NCBI GenBank assembly: GCA_039000725.1
Contig: JAWBNO010000001.1
Location: 397,152 to 461,151 of the forward strand
Source of the DNA: Candidatus Aenigmatarchaeota archaeon
Lineage (GTDB): Archaea > Aenigmatarchaeota > Aenigmatarchaeia > CG10238-14 > SpSt-28
DNA length: 64,000 nt
Reading direction: 5' to 3'
Shown: piece by piece, positions 54,617 through 63,940 of the stretch
How positions within the stretch are numbered: the stretch's first letter is position 1
Layout: every line of letters begins with the position of its first letter
Notes under the pieces: model-generated
Seen by the model: only the letters and a program-made list of their open reading frames with translations
Database searches by the model: none
What the model was told of the DNA's origin: nothing
Position numbers and translations under genes: made by a program

Positions 54617-55377
54617 TATTTATAATAAAAAACTAGTAACCCGTTTTCATCCCTAAGAAATATTTTGTCGCTCTTTTTATCAAAGATATTATACTTACTT
54701 TCTAAAATATAATCACAATCATCAAAACTTCTAATACAAATTATAACTTCTTTGTTTGGAGTAATATTAAAGTTTTTAATATACAAAACATTATGATTCT
54801 CGTCTTCAATATACCATTTGTTGAGGTTTATCGAAAAATTACAAATATTTTTTATAATTAGTTTTTCATTATCTATATAATAAAAATTTACTTTTATACA
54901 GCTAGAATAGTTAGATCTTTTCCAAATTCCAATCCCTCTTTCTATTGCGTAATTTTCTGCATCTAAAAGTTCATTCTTATATTTGGATACTTCATTTATT
55001 TTATAAGTATGCGCCAACCCATTTTTAACAATTTCAACATTTATATTTCTCTTATTCCAAAAAACATAGGCTAATAATCTTCCATAGGGGTCTCTAATTC
55101 CATTTTCGTATTCCAAAGAAATTTTTTCACCAACTAACATTTCAAGATAATTTTTAGCTTCATCAAAGTATCTTTTTCCTTTTTCTGGAGCATTTATTCC
55201 TATCAGTCTAACTTTTTCACCATTTGAAAGCTCTATAGTATCCCCATCTATAATTCTAATTATTTCATATTTTCTTTGAAAAAATAACCCCGTCACAGAA
55301 TAATAGTTATTAAGGAGAAAAAGAAGTACAGTTATAATAAAGGCAAAAATTAAAGGCTCAATTCTTTCAATTTTCAT
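54613..55377 (-). CDS. Membrane-anchored thermonuclease (SNase) with C-terminal lamin-tail-like domain
   Basis: N-terminal TM, IIDGDTI, VRLIGINAPE, RDPYGRLLAYV, GLA, GIW; C-terminal IKN...LNKWYIED...LRDENG. Confidence 0.88.
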   Translation of the reverse strand: MKIERIEPLIFAFIITVLLFLLNNYYSVTGLFFQRKYEIIRIIDGDTIELSNGEKVRLIGINAPEKGKRYFDEAKNYLEMLVGEKISLEYENGIRDPYGRLLAYVFWNKRNINVEIVKNGLAHTYKINEVSKYKNELLDAENYAIERGIGIWKRSNYSSCIKVNFYYIDNEKLIIKNICNFSINLNKWYIEDENHNVLYIKNFNITPNKEVIICIRSFDDCDYILESKYNIFDKKSDKIFLRDENGLLVFYYKY

Positions 55378-55382
55378 ATATT

Positions 55383-55610
55383 TCAGTTTTTTTCTTTTAA
55401 GTTAAATATACCTCTGGAAAAAGATTCCTCATCAATTCTACCAAATTTCTCAATCATTTCACTAATTTTTTCATCTTTGTATCTATTTACACACTCTTTA
55501 CATATTATGACAATCTTTTTGCTTTCTTCATCCCCTATTTTGAAAACTAGATCGTTATTCCCACAAATATCGCATTTTCCGTAAAATGTGGCGGAAATCT
55601 TATATCTCAT
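55383..55610 (-). CDS. Small zinc-finger protein
   Basis: GKCDICG...ICKEC. Confidence 0.7.
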   Translation of the reverse strand: MRYKISATFYGKCDICGNNDLVFKIGDEESKKIVIICKECVNRYKDEKISEMIEKFGRIDEESFSRGIFNLKEKN

Positions 55611-55648
55611 AAAAATCTTGATTTAGAAATATATAAGAGTTAAATAAT

Positions 55649-56056
55649 TTATACCTTAAATTCTTCCCAATAAACCTTCTTTTTTTCCACAGCTTCTCTA
55701 ATTTTTCTTTCCCTTTCATTTAGTTTTGATTTACCACTTTTTACCTCAACAAAAGTTATACCTTTTACTTTACCTTCTGACAAACCATCAAAAACTATAA
55801 AATCTATAGGATCTCCTAACCATCTCACATCGTGTGGATTGTGTTTAAAAGTCTTTATAATTGGAACTAATTTTTCCACAGTTTTTCCAGATAAACTTCG
55901 AGCGCTTCTTTCTATAGCCTCTCTTTTAATTTTTTCTTCAATTTCTTCTATATGTTTTCTTACTCTATCTTCAAATTTAAACTTCCATTCTAAGTTTTTT
56001 ATTAAAAAATATATAGTTGTAAGAAAAAGAAATGTTATCAAAAGCCATTCAATCAT
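55649..56056 (-). CDS. Holliday-junction-resolvase-like PD-(D/E)XK endonuclease with N-terminal TM helix
   Basis: GKTVEKLVP, LGDPIDFIVFDG and FVEVKSG. Confidence 0.88.
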   Translation of the reverse strand: MIEWLLITFLFLTTIYFLIKNLEWKFKFEDRVRKHIEEIEEKIKREAIERSARSLSGKTVEKLVPIIKTFKHNPHDVRWLGDPIDFIVFDGLSEGKVKGITFVEVKSGKSKLNERERKIREAVEKKKVYWEEFKV

Positions 56057-56116
56057 AGAATATATTGATGGAAACGTTAAAAATTTAAATAGAAATTTAG
56101 AAAAAGGTTGATGGGT

Positions 56117-56443
56117 ATGAAGACTAAAAATATAGGAATTGACCTAAAATCGCCGGAAAAAGAGTGCAACGATGTAAAGTGTGCTTGGCACGGAAAGGTT
56201 AAGGTTAGAGGTAAGATGGTAGAAGGTGTAGTAGTATCTGTTAGGCCACAAAAGACTGCAATTATCGAAATTGAATATGCTCATTACTTACCAAAATATG
56301 AAAGATATGAGAGAAGACATTCGAGACTATATGCCCATTTACCACCATGTATTTTAGTTAAGGAAGGTGATAAGGTTATTATAGGTGAAACAAGAAAACT
56401 TAGTAAAACAAAATCTTTTGTAGTTCTTCAAAAGGTGGAATAA
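56117..56443 (+). CDS. rps17: 30S ribosomal protein uS17
   Basis: CNDVKCAWHG, KYERYERR, AHLPPC and GETRKLSKTKSFVV; start may be 56111. Confidence 0.95.
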   Translation: MKTKNIGIDLKSPEKECNDVKCAWHGKVKVRGKMVEGVVVSVRPQKTAIIEIEYAHYLPKYERYERRHSRLYAHLPPCILVKEGDKVIIGETRKLSKTKSFVVLQKVE

Positions 56444-56842
56444 ATGAAGGGTATATCTTCTTCAGTAACAAAAGCTTTGAATGTTGGTAGTTATGTAGTT
56501 TGTGCAGATAATACTGGTGCTAAGATGGTACAAATAATTGCAGTAAAAACCTATAAGGGAAAAAGAAGAAGAATTCCTAAGGCTGGAGTTGGTGATTTAG
56601 TTAAAGTTGTAGTAAAGAGTGGGGATGTCAAGGTTAGAAAACAAATATTCGATGCCGTAATTATTAGGCAAAGAAAGGAGTACAGAAGAGCTAATGGTAT
56701 TAGAATATCTTTTGAGGATAATGCTGTAGTTATAGTAAATGAAGAAGGCGAACCAAAAGGGACTGAAATTAGAGGACCAGTAGCTAAGGAGGCTGTTGAA
56801 AGATTTTCTTCTATTGGAAAAATAGCTTCAATGGTGGTTTAA
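56444..56842 (+). CDS. rpl14: 50S ribosomal protein uL14
   Basis: CADNTGAK, AGVGD, FEDNAVV and GPVAKEA. Confidence 0.97.
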   Translation: MKGISSSVTKALNVGSYVVCADNTGAKMVQIIAVKTYKGKRRRIPKAGVGDLVKVVVKSGDVKVRKQIFDAVIIRQRKEYRRANGIRISFEDNAVVIVNEEGEPKGTEIRGPVAKEAVERFSSIGKIASMVV

Positions 56843-56844
56843 AA

Positions 56845-57222
56845 ATGAAAAGACCCAAATCTAAAAAACCAAGAAAACAAAGAAAATTTTTGATTGAAGC
56901 ACCTTTGCATATAAGAAGAAAGATGATATCTTCTCATTTATCTAAGGAATTGAGAGAAAAGTATAAGAGAAGAAGCATTCCTCTTAGGAAAGGTGATGAA
57001 GTTAAGATTATGAGGGGTGAATTTAAGGGAAAAATAGGAAAAGTCGTAAAAATAGATACTAAGAAATATAAAGTTTATGTTGATGTTGCTAAGAAAAAAA
57101 GAACAGTTGGAACAGAATATTTAGTACCTATATCACCTAGCAATTTAATGATTATAAATTTAAATTTAGAAGATAAATACAGGCAAAAAATATTGGAGCG
57201 TGGTAAGAGTGGCACATCTTAA
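56845..57222 (+). CDS. rpl24: 50S ribosomal protein uL24
   Basis: PRKQRK, APLH, LSKELR and KOW RKGDEVKIMRG. Confidence 0.96.
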   Translation: MKRPKSKKPRKQRKFLIEAPLHIRRKMISSHLSKELREKYKRRSIPLRKGDEVKIMRGEFKGKIGKVVKIDTKKYKVYVDVAKKKRTVGTEYLVPISPSNLMIINLNLEDKYRQKILERGKSGTS

Positions 57223-57916
57223 AAGATTGGTAGCACCAGAATATTGGCCTACACATACTCGAGGTTATACTTGGACATACGCTCCATCACCAGGACCTCA
57301 TAAAAAAGACGAATGTATACCTCTAGCTATAATCGTTAGAGATGTTTTAAAATTGGCTGAAACAGGAAAGGAAGCAGAAAAGATCATTAAAGCAGGAGAA
57401 ATAAAAGTTGATGGGAAAATTAGAAAAGATCCGAGGTATCCTGCTGGATTACTTGATGTTATATCTATACCTAAAATAAACAAACACTACAGAATAATTC
57501 CGTTTAAGAAAGGTTTAAAACTCATAGAAATAGAAGAAAGTGAGGCTAATAAAAAAATTGTTAAAATTTTGAATAAGAAGAGTATTAAGGGAGGTAAAAC
57601 TCAACTAAATCTTAATGATGGCAAAAATATTATTGTTTCTGATGGTAAATACAAAACACATGATTCTTTGCTAATCGAACTTCCTACATTAAAAATTATG
57701 GACCATATAAAGTTGGAAAATGGGGTATTAGTTTTAATTACATCCGGAGAAAAAAGTGGAAAAATCGGTAAAGTTACTAAAATTTATGAGGGAAAATTTA
57801 ATGTTAAACCAAAAATTGAGTGTGAAATAGAAAATCAAAAAACGGAAGTTTTAAAGGAATATGCAATTTGTGTTGGTAGAGAAAAACCCATGATAAAGGT
57901 TGTTGAATATGAATAA
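57200..57916 (+). CDS. rps4e: 30S ribosomal protein eS4
   Basis: HLKRL, PSPGPH, VDGKIRKD, GLLDVI and QLNLNDGKN. Confidence 0.96.
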   Translation: MVRVAHLKRLVAPEYWPTHTRGYTWTYAPSPGPHKKDECIPLAIIVRDVLKLAETGKEAEKIIKAGEIKVDGKIRKDPRYPAGLLDVISIPKINKHYRIIPFKKGLKLIEIEESEANKKIVKILNKKSIKGGKTQLNLNDGKNIIVSDGKYKTHDSLLIELPTLKIMDHIKLENGVLVLITSGEKSGKIGKVTKIYEGKFNVKPKIECEIENQKTEVLKEYAICVGREKPMIKVVEYE

Positions 57917-58409
57917 GATGAGAGAAATAAGAATAGAAAAAGTAGTACTTAATGTTGGCTGTGCTGGGGATTTAGATAAGATAGAAAGAGCCAAGAAGAT
58001 GTTAGAAATGCTTACGGGTAAAAAACCTGTTGTGACAAAATCTAGAAAAAGGTCTACATTTGGTATTGCTAAAGGTAAACCTGTTGGAGTTAAAGTAACT
58101 TTAAGAAAAAAAGATGCTGAGGATTTTTTAAAAAAGATCTTAGAAGCCAAAAAGAATACCATATCATCTAGACAAATTGATAATAATGGAAATTTTAGTA
58201 TTGGTGTTGCTGAATACTTTGAGCTTCCGGGTGTTAAATATAACCATGAAATAGGAACTCTAGGTTTTGATGTTACAGTAACCTTAGAAAGACCTGGATA
58301 TAGAGTTAAAAGGAGAAAGATCAAAAAATCTAATATAGGTAAAAATCATAAAATTAAAAAAGAAGAAACAATCGAATGGTTAAAAGCGAGGGGAGTAAAT
58401 GTTTTATGA
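57909..58409 (+). CDS. rpl5: 50S ribosomal protein uL5
   Basis: NKMREIRIEKVVLNVG, KVTLR, GNFSIGV and RPGYRV. Confidence 0.96.
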   Translation: MNKMREIRIEKVVLNVGCAGDLDKIERAKKMLEMLTGKKPVVTKSRKRSTFGIAKGKPVGVKVTLRKKDAEDFLKKILEAKKNTISSRQIDNNGNFSIGVAEYFELPGVKYNHEIGTLGFDVTVTLERPGYRVKRRKIKKSNIGKNHKIKKEETIEWLKARGVNVL

Positions 58410-58578
58410 CGAAAAACTATTAGAGTTCGTGGAAAAAATAAATGGTATAGCTCTTAGAAAGGCAGAAACTTCTAGGGATATTGAAGGAGTATATTCAAGA
58501 ATTCTTGAAAATTTACCAAATATTCAGGATTTCGAAGATGTTAGTGCTTTAGAAATTCTAGGAGAATTAGGTGGATAG
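58399..58578 (+). CDS. Orphan 59-aa acidic protein between rpl5 and rps14 (not in ORF track)
   Basis: [59 protein letters not shown]; GAGGGGAG SD; overlaps the rpl5 end and stops 2 nt before rps14. Confidence 0.68.
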   Translation: MFYDEKLLEFVEKINGIALRKAETSRDIEGVYSRILENLPNIQDFEDVSALEILGELGG

Positions 58579-58580
58579 AC

Positions 58581-58727
58581 TTGAAACAAAGGAAGTTCGG
58601 AAAAACAACTCATAGATGTAAAAGATGTGGCTCTACTAGAGGAGTAATAAGAAAATATGGAATAAATCTGTGTAGAAAGTGTTTTAGAGAAGTGGCCGAA
58701 GAAATTGGATTTAAGAAATACAGTTAA
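58581..58727 (+). CDS. rps14: 30S ribosomal protein uS14, zinc-binding (not in ORF track)
   Basis: TTG start; [45 protein letters not shown]. Confidence 0.96.
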   Translation: MKQRKFGKTTHRCKRCGSTRGVIRKYGINLCRKCFREVAEEIGFKKYS

Positions 58728-58732
58728 ATATT

Positions 58733-59569
58733 ATGATAGAGATTATTTCTTTGATAATATTATTTTTTGGTCTACTAATAGCTTCTTACTATGACTTAAA
58801 AACGACAGAAATTCCTGATAAGTTTGCCTATATTTTTTTATCAATTGGTGTTATCTTATTTATTGTTAACAGCTATATAAACAACTTTAATAATTTTATT
58901 GACAACTTTATAATTTCTCTATTAATTTCTACAATTGGTTTTATTATGTATTTTTTTGGACAATGGGGCTTAGGCGACTCTTTTCTATTAGCATCATCAA
59001 CATTTTTTCTATTTTTCAAAACTTCAAAATCTTTTTTTATCTATCCGCAATTAGATTTTTTTTCCAATCTAATTATAGTTGGTTCATTTTACATACCACT
59101 TTATTCTTTACCAGGATTTTTAAGAGACAAAAAAGCAAAGAAGTTATTTATAAATAGAGTTAAAGAATTTTCTTCTAGAATTCTGTTTTTAATTTTTCTA
59201 TTTTCTATATTATTTTTAGTAATTTCTTTCTATTTATTAAAACAAATTTTTATCAGACCATTGATTTTTGTGGTAACATTTACTTTGTTTTTAAATTACC
59301 TTTGGATATATCTTAAAGCTTGCGAAAAAATGTTTATAAAAAGGATTAAAGTTAATGAGTTAAAAGTAGGCGACGTACTTCTTGAAAGTAAAAGATGGGA
59401 CGGAATAGATAAAAAAGAAATAGAAAAAATAAAGAAAGCCAGAAAAAAATACGTATATATTAAAAATGGTGTTGCTTTTGCTCCAGTTTTTCTTATTTCT
59501 TTAATAGTGACATTACTAATTGGTAATCTCTACTCTTATATTTTGGAATTTTTTTGGCTTTTATTATAA
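58733..59569 (+). CDS. A24 family prepilin/prearchaellin peptidase
   Basis: ASYYDLKTTEIPD, GQWGLGD (GxGD), and a C-terminal LKVGD...AFAPVF segment. Confidence 0.88.
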   Translation: MIEIISLIILFFGLLIASYYDLKTTEIPDKFAYIFLSIGVILFIVNSYINNFNNFIDNFIISLLISTIGFIMYFFGQWGLGDSFLLASSTFFLFFKTSKSFFIYPQLDFFSNLIIVGSFYIPLYSLPGFLRDKKAKKLFINRVKEFSSRILFLIFLFSILFLVISFYLLKQIFIRPLIFVVTFTLFLNYLWIYLKACEKMFIKRIKVNELKVGDVLLESKRWDGIDKKEIEKIKKARKKYVYIKNGVAFAPVFLISLIVTLLIGNLYSYILEFFWLLL

Positions 59570-59585
59570 ACAGAATAACTAATAA

Positions 59586-60725
59586 ATGATAGCCGATGAC
59601 ATAAAAATAAGAAAAATTTTTGCATGCAATTCAAAACCAACTATTGAAGTAGAAGTTGTAACAAAAAAAGGAAAATTTTATGCTTCTGTCCCTTTTGGTA
59701 CTAGTACTAGCAAATATGAGGTTGTTTATAAAGATGTTAAAGAAGTCATATCAATATTTCATCAAATAAAAAAATATTTCATAGATAGCTTTAAGAATCA
59801 AGAAGAGGTAGATTTATTACTACATTCTATAGACGAAACTCAAGATTTTAGAAAAATTGGTGGAAATTTAAGTTTAGGAATTTCTTTAGCTTTTCTGAAG
59901 GCTTTTGCTGCTGAGGAGGGAGTTGAAGTATATCAGTATTTGACTTCAAAACCAACAATACCTAAGCCTGTTTGTAATGTAGCTGGTGGATGGAAAGGCC
60001 AAAGTGATATTCAAGAGTTTTTAGTTCTACCTTTACATCAAGAATCTTTTAGAGAGTCTATTGAAGAAATTTCTAGTCTGTATTTAAAACTTGGAGAATA
60101 TTTAAGTAAAAAAGATAAGAGCTTTAAATTTGGAAAAAACATAGAATCTGCTTGGATTACAAATTTAAAAACAGAAGAAATACTTCAAATTCTTAGAGAA
60201 ATAAAAACAGAAAATTTAGTATTAGGGTTAGATGTAGCAGCCAGTAACCTTTGGAATGGAGAAATGTATGTTTATAGAGATAAAGTTTTGTCTACAATGC
60301 AGCAATTAGAGTATATTGACTCATTAATTAGAGAATTTAAGATATTCTATGTTGAAGATCCTTTCCATCAAGACGATTTTGTAAGTTTTTCTGTCTTAAC
60401 CAAAAATGTAAGAGGTTTGGTTGTTGGTGATGATCTTTATGCAACAAATGTTAATAGATTGAAAATGGGATTGGATATAAAAGCCACGAATGCAGTTTTA
60501 GTTAAACCAAATCAAATAGGCACAGTAACAGACACAATAAAATTTGTAAAAGAAGCAAGAAAAAACAATCTTAAAGTTGTAATATCTCATAGAAGTGGTG
60601 AAACAGATGATACTATTTTATCTCATTTAGCTGTAGGATTGAATGCAGATTATTTTAAATTGGGTATTTCTGGAGAAAGAATAGTAAAAATAAATGAAAT
60701 GATAAGAATAGAGGAAAAAATTTAG
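59586..60725 (+). CDS. eno: Enolase, short and divergent
   Basis: PTIEVEV, IQEF, LDVAAS, EDPF, VGDDL, KPNQIGT and SHRSGET. Confidence 0.88.
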   Translation: MIADDIKIRKIFACNSKPTIEVEVVTKKGKFYASVPFGTSTSKYEVVYKDVKEVISIFHQIKKYFIDSFKNQEEVDLLLHSIDETQDFRKIGGNLSLGISLAFLKAFAAEEGVEVYQYLTSKPTIPKPVCNVAGGWKGQSDIQEFLVLPLHQESFRESIEEISSLYLKLGEYLSKKDKSFKFGKNIESAWITNLKTEEILQILREIKTENLVLGLDVAASNLWNGEMYVYRDKVLSTMQQLEYIDSLIREFKIFYVEDPFHQDDFVSFSVLTKNVRGLVVGDDLYATNVNRLKMGLDIKATNAVLVKPNQIGTVTDTIKFVKEARKNNLKVVISHRSGETDDTILSHLAVGLNADYFKLGISGERIVKINEMIRIEEKI

Positions 60726-61261
60726 TATAAGTATCTACTTTTTTCCCATTCATCAGAAACTACTTTGAAGATTTGATGTAACTCTTTTAGTCTCTGTAAA
60801 TCATCTCTACAATGTTCTATAATTTTATCTCTATTTTCTGACTTTCCTTCTAAGTATTCTTGATACAACATTAAAGTATCCTTTCCTTTCAATTCTAGGT
60901 TTTTTTCCAAGCCAAAAAACAAGCTTATATTTTCTAAGCTATTACTAGAAAGTCTTAATTTTTCTCTTGCAAATTTTAGAAGGTCTATTATCTTAAGCGA
61001 ATTAAATATAGATACATCCAAACCAAATTTTAGACATCTTGTTAATAAAAATGGAATATCAAAATCAGAATTCCAAATATATATTTTATCGTTTTTAATT
61101 TCCTTCAAAAAGTCTAAAAAACTTTCTAATACATTTTTTTCCATTTTAGGAGAATCTACAAAAAAGAATTTTTCTTCTTCATTTACAATTAAACCAATTA
61201 CTATAACTGATCCTATATCAGCATACAAATTTGTCGTTTCTATATCTAGATAAACTGTCAT
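60722..61261 (-). CDS. RNase H-like DEDD exonuclease domain protein (YprB-like)
   Basis: YLDIETT, WNSDFDIPFL, IDLL and IEHCRDD. Confidence 0.85.
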   Translation of the reverse strand: MTVYLDIETTNLYADIGSVIVIGLIVNEEEKFFFVDSPKMEKNVLESFLDFLKEIKNDKIYIWNSDFDIPFLLTRCLKFGLDVSIFNSLKIIDLLKFAREKLRLSSNSLENISLFFGLEKNLELKGKDTLMLYQEYLEGKSENRDKIIEHCRDDLQRLKELHQIFKVVSDEWEKSRYLY

Positions 61262-61314
61262 ATTCTATATTGTTGTTTAGTAAAAAATCTTTAAATATTT
61301 CCTATACTTTTTCT

Positions 61315-61617
61315 TTAGGAAAATTTTTCTATAGTGTAATTTTTCTTTTTTGAGTATTTTTTAATTAATTTTTCTACTTTATCATTTAATTCGGCTTGGA
61401 ATAAATTTTCTCCGTAAATATTTTGTGCTAAGATTATAACACCTAAGGATGCAGCCTCTTCTATTAGCCTCTTTTGTGTCTCTCTATACTTTTTTTCGTA
61501 ATACTTTATTTTTTCGATTATTTCATCTATATCTGAGCAATCTACAGTATAAGAAATACCTCTAAACAAAACATAGCAGTTTCCCTTTCCAAATATTATT
61601 TTAACTTTTTCTTTCAT
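61315..61617 (-). CDS. Hypothetical protein
   Basis: 100-aa ORF coupled to the upstream gene; no recognised motif. Confidence 0.6.
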   Translation of the reverse strand: MKEKVKIIFGKGNCYVLFRGISYTVDCSDIDEIIEKIKYYEKKYRETQKRLIEEAASLGVIILAQNIYGENLFQAELNDKVEKLIKKYSKKKNYTIEKFS

Positions 61618-61618
61618 A

Positions 61619-61951
61619 CTAGAATTTCATTAGAGTATCTACCAGCTTCTTTGCAGCTTCTTTTGTTTCTGTATCAGTAGGTCTTAGTATTTCTTCTATT
61701 ACCTTTTCTATCGCTTTTCTCTTTTCTGCTTCACCAATTTCAACTATTGCTTTAAATGGCTCTTCAACTTTTCCTAGTTTTTCTTCAACTTTTTTTAATT
61801 CTTTTGCTAGTTGAGCTATTGCAACCCAGAGTTGAGCTATTCTTACATCGTCTGCTTGTGTATATGCATATCTATAACAACTAACCTTTTCTAAAACTTC
61901 CTTTAAAACTTCCTTTATTTCAGGTTGCAAGTTTTCTTTCCAATCTGCCAT
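61619..61951 (-). CDS. Hypothetical helical protein
   Basis: 110-aa ORF with typical composition; YAYTQADDVRIAQLWVA segment and coiled coil. Confidence 0.72.
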   Translation of the reverse strand: MADWKENLQPEIKEVLKEVLEKVSCYRYAYTQADDVRIAQLWVAIAQLAKELKKVEEKLGKVEEPFKAIVEIGEAEKRKAIEKVIEEILRPTDTETKEAAKKLVDTLMKF

Positions 61952-62009
61952 AAACTTTTATGTAGAGAAAAGCTTAAATGCTTTTATTATCTTTAAGTAA
62001 AAACAATTT

Positions 62010-62834
62010 ATGAAAATATATTTAGGTCCTGGTGGAAATTGTATAACGGCAAAAGATTCTAAAACAGAAAGTTCTTTTGAGAGATTGAAAGAGCTAGGAT
62101 TAAACGCTCAAGAAATAGAATTTGTTAGAAATATTTACATAAAAGAAAAAGATGCAGAAAGATTAGGAAACTTGGCTAAAAGTTATGGTATAAAACTCAG
62201 CGTTCATGCACCATACTTTATAAATTTACTTTCTGATGATAGTAAAAAAGTGGAAGCTTCAATAAAAAGAATTATTAATAGTATAAAAGTTGCAGAAATT
62301 TTGGAGGCGGAATATGTTGTTGTTCATGCTGCATATTATGGAAAGTTTTCAAAAGAAGAAGCAATGGAAAAAATGAAAAACATAACTCGTAGAATTTTAG
62401 AGGAAATGGACAAACTGAAAATAAAGAAAACAAAATTAGCTTACGAAACAATGGCTAAGGAAAGCCAATTTGCTGGCTTAGAAGATTTGTTAAAATTAAA
62501 AAAAGAAATCAAATCTAAGAATTTTACAGTTTGTGTTGATTTTGCTCATATATTTGTTAGAGAAAATGGAAGCATAGATTATAAAAGAATTTTTGACATG
62601 ATTAAAGATTTTGATTTTATACATTCTCACTTTTCTAATGTAAAGTACAATGTTAACACAAAAAAATTTATGGATGTTCATCTTCCTATAAATTCCCATC
62701 CTCCATTTGAAGAATTAGCTAAGGAAGTTATAAGAAGAAAAATTAACATAGCTATAATTTCAGAAAGTCCTAAACTTGAATTAGATAGTTTAAAAATGAA
62801 GGATATTTTTGAGAAACTTGGTTATAAATTTTAA
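62010..62834 (+). CDS. nfo: Endonuclease IV (AP endonuclease family 2)
   Basis: EIEFVR, SVHAPYFINL, VVHAAYY, ETM, DFAH, HSHFS and ISESP. Confidence 0.92.
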   Translation: MKIYLGPGGNCITAKDSKTESSFERLKELGLNAQEIEFVRNIYIKEKDAERLGNLAKSYGIKLSVHAPYFINLLSDDSKKVEASIKRIINSIKVAEILEAEYVVVHAAYYGKFSKEEAMEKMKNITRRILEEMDKLKIKKTKLAYETMAKESQFAGLEDLLKLKKEIKSKNFTVCVDFAHIFVRENGSIDYKRIFDMIKDFDFIHSHFSNVKYNVNTKKFMDVHLPINSHPPFEELAKEVIRRKINIAIISESPKLELDSLKMKDIFEKLGYKF

Positions 62835-63228
62835 ACAAGTAATTTGTAACCAATCTTGCTTCTTTTTCTATTTTTTCTCTACTTTTTTTGTATATATCCC
62901 CCAGATAATCTTGAGCAGCATGGACATATTCATGAATTAAAGTTTTTATTTTATGATAATATGGTAGACTATAATCTATACTTATTTCTTTTTTAACGGG
63001 ATCATATAAGCCTAGAATTTTTGCTAATGGCCTATAAATAACTTGTATATAGTTTCCTAGCTTTCTTACGAAAACAGCCCAAATTTCTGGAAGTTTTTTA
63101 TATTCTATTCTAACATTATCTAGAACATCTTTAGGTATTTTATAATACTTTGATACTAAATTTTTAACAGTTTCCAAGTCTTTATCTTTTATTCTACTTT
63201 CATATAGAAAATCCAAAAGATATCTCAT
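62770..63228 (-). CDS. Zincin-like (HExxH) hypothetical protein
   Basis: LGLYDP...TLIHEYVHAAQ...EKEA; 3' end overlaps nfo on the opposite strand. Confidence 0.72.
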   Translation of the reverse strand: MRYLLDFLYESRIKDKDLETVKNLVSKYYKIPKDVLDNVRIEYKKLPEIWAVFVRKLGNYIQVIYRPLAKILGLYDPVKKEISIDYSLPYYHKIKTLIHEYVHAAQDYLGDIYKKSREKIEKEARLVTNYLFKIYNQVSQKYPSFLNYLIQV

Positions 63229-63250
63229 TTAAATAAATGTAGAATTAAGC

Positions 63251-63484
63251 TTATATAATTTGCTCTTCTCTCCACTTTCTTTCTATTTCTTCTTTCTTTT
63301 TCCCACAATTTGAACAACTTTCACTCAAAATGACTATTTCTTCTCTAACTTTGTGATAACTAGTTTTTCTACCACCTCTAACAGCACTTCTTTTAGCTAC
63401 ATAAGTTCCAGGCCTTTTCAAAATTTCAATAGTTTCAGATCCACAAAAAGGACATTCCCAAATCTCTTTTTCTATAAACACCAT
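63251..63484 (-). CDS. Small basic zinc-ribbon protein downstream of rps6e
   Basis: CPFCG...CSNCG with a basic insert; AGGAGG SD; ATG 63484 lies 1 nt after the rps6e stop. Confidence 0.75.
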   Translation of the reverse strand: MVFIEKEIWECPFCGSETIEILKRPGTYVAKRSAVRGGRKTSYHKVREEIVILSESCSNCGKKKEEIERKWREEQII

Positions 63485-63485
63485 T

Positions 63486-63890
63486 CTATTTCTTCTCCTC
63501 CTTACTTTCTTTTTTTGGAATAAGTTCTTCAAGACTTTTTTCTCCTTTTTTTACAACCTTACAATTTATTTGGACTATATCTTCTGATATCGTATTACCT
63601 CTAACAGTTTTTTTCTTTCTTTGACCTTTTTTTAGTGGATGAAATCCAGGCGGTTTAGAAAGAAGCACCTTCTTCTTCACCATACCTTCTACTTCAGGAT
63701 GCATAGGAAATCCATCTTTGTCGGTACCTCCAGTTATTTTTAATATATATCCTGGTAAACCTATTGAAGAAGCATCGAACTCTTCTCCTATTTTTTTGCC
63801 AATAAGAAAGGTAGCCTTATTTTTTTCTATTTCTATTTGATATGCTTTTCTAGTTTCTGGATCACTTATTACAATCTTATATCCTGCCAT
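63486..63890 (-). CDS. rps6e: 30S ribosomal protein eS6
   Basis: KIVISDP, GKKIGE, ITGGTDKDGFPM and TVRGN...QIN. Confidence 0.96.
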   Translation of the reverse strand: MAGYKIVISDPETRKAYQIEIEKNKATFLIGKKIGEEFDASSIGLPGYILKITGGTDKDGFPMHPEVEGMVKKKVLLSKPPGFHPLKKGQRKKKTVRGNTISEDIVQINCKVVKKGEKSLEELIPKKESKEEKK

Positions 63891-63940
63891 ACATTATACA
63901 ATGTTTTTTAAGATTTAAAATATTTTGTTAACATATTTTT

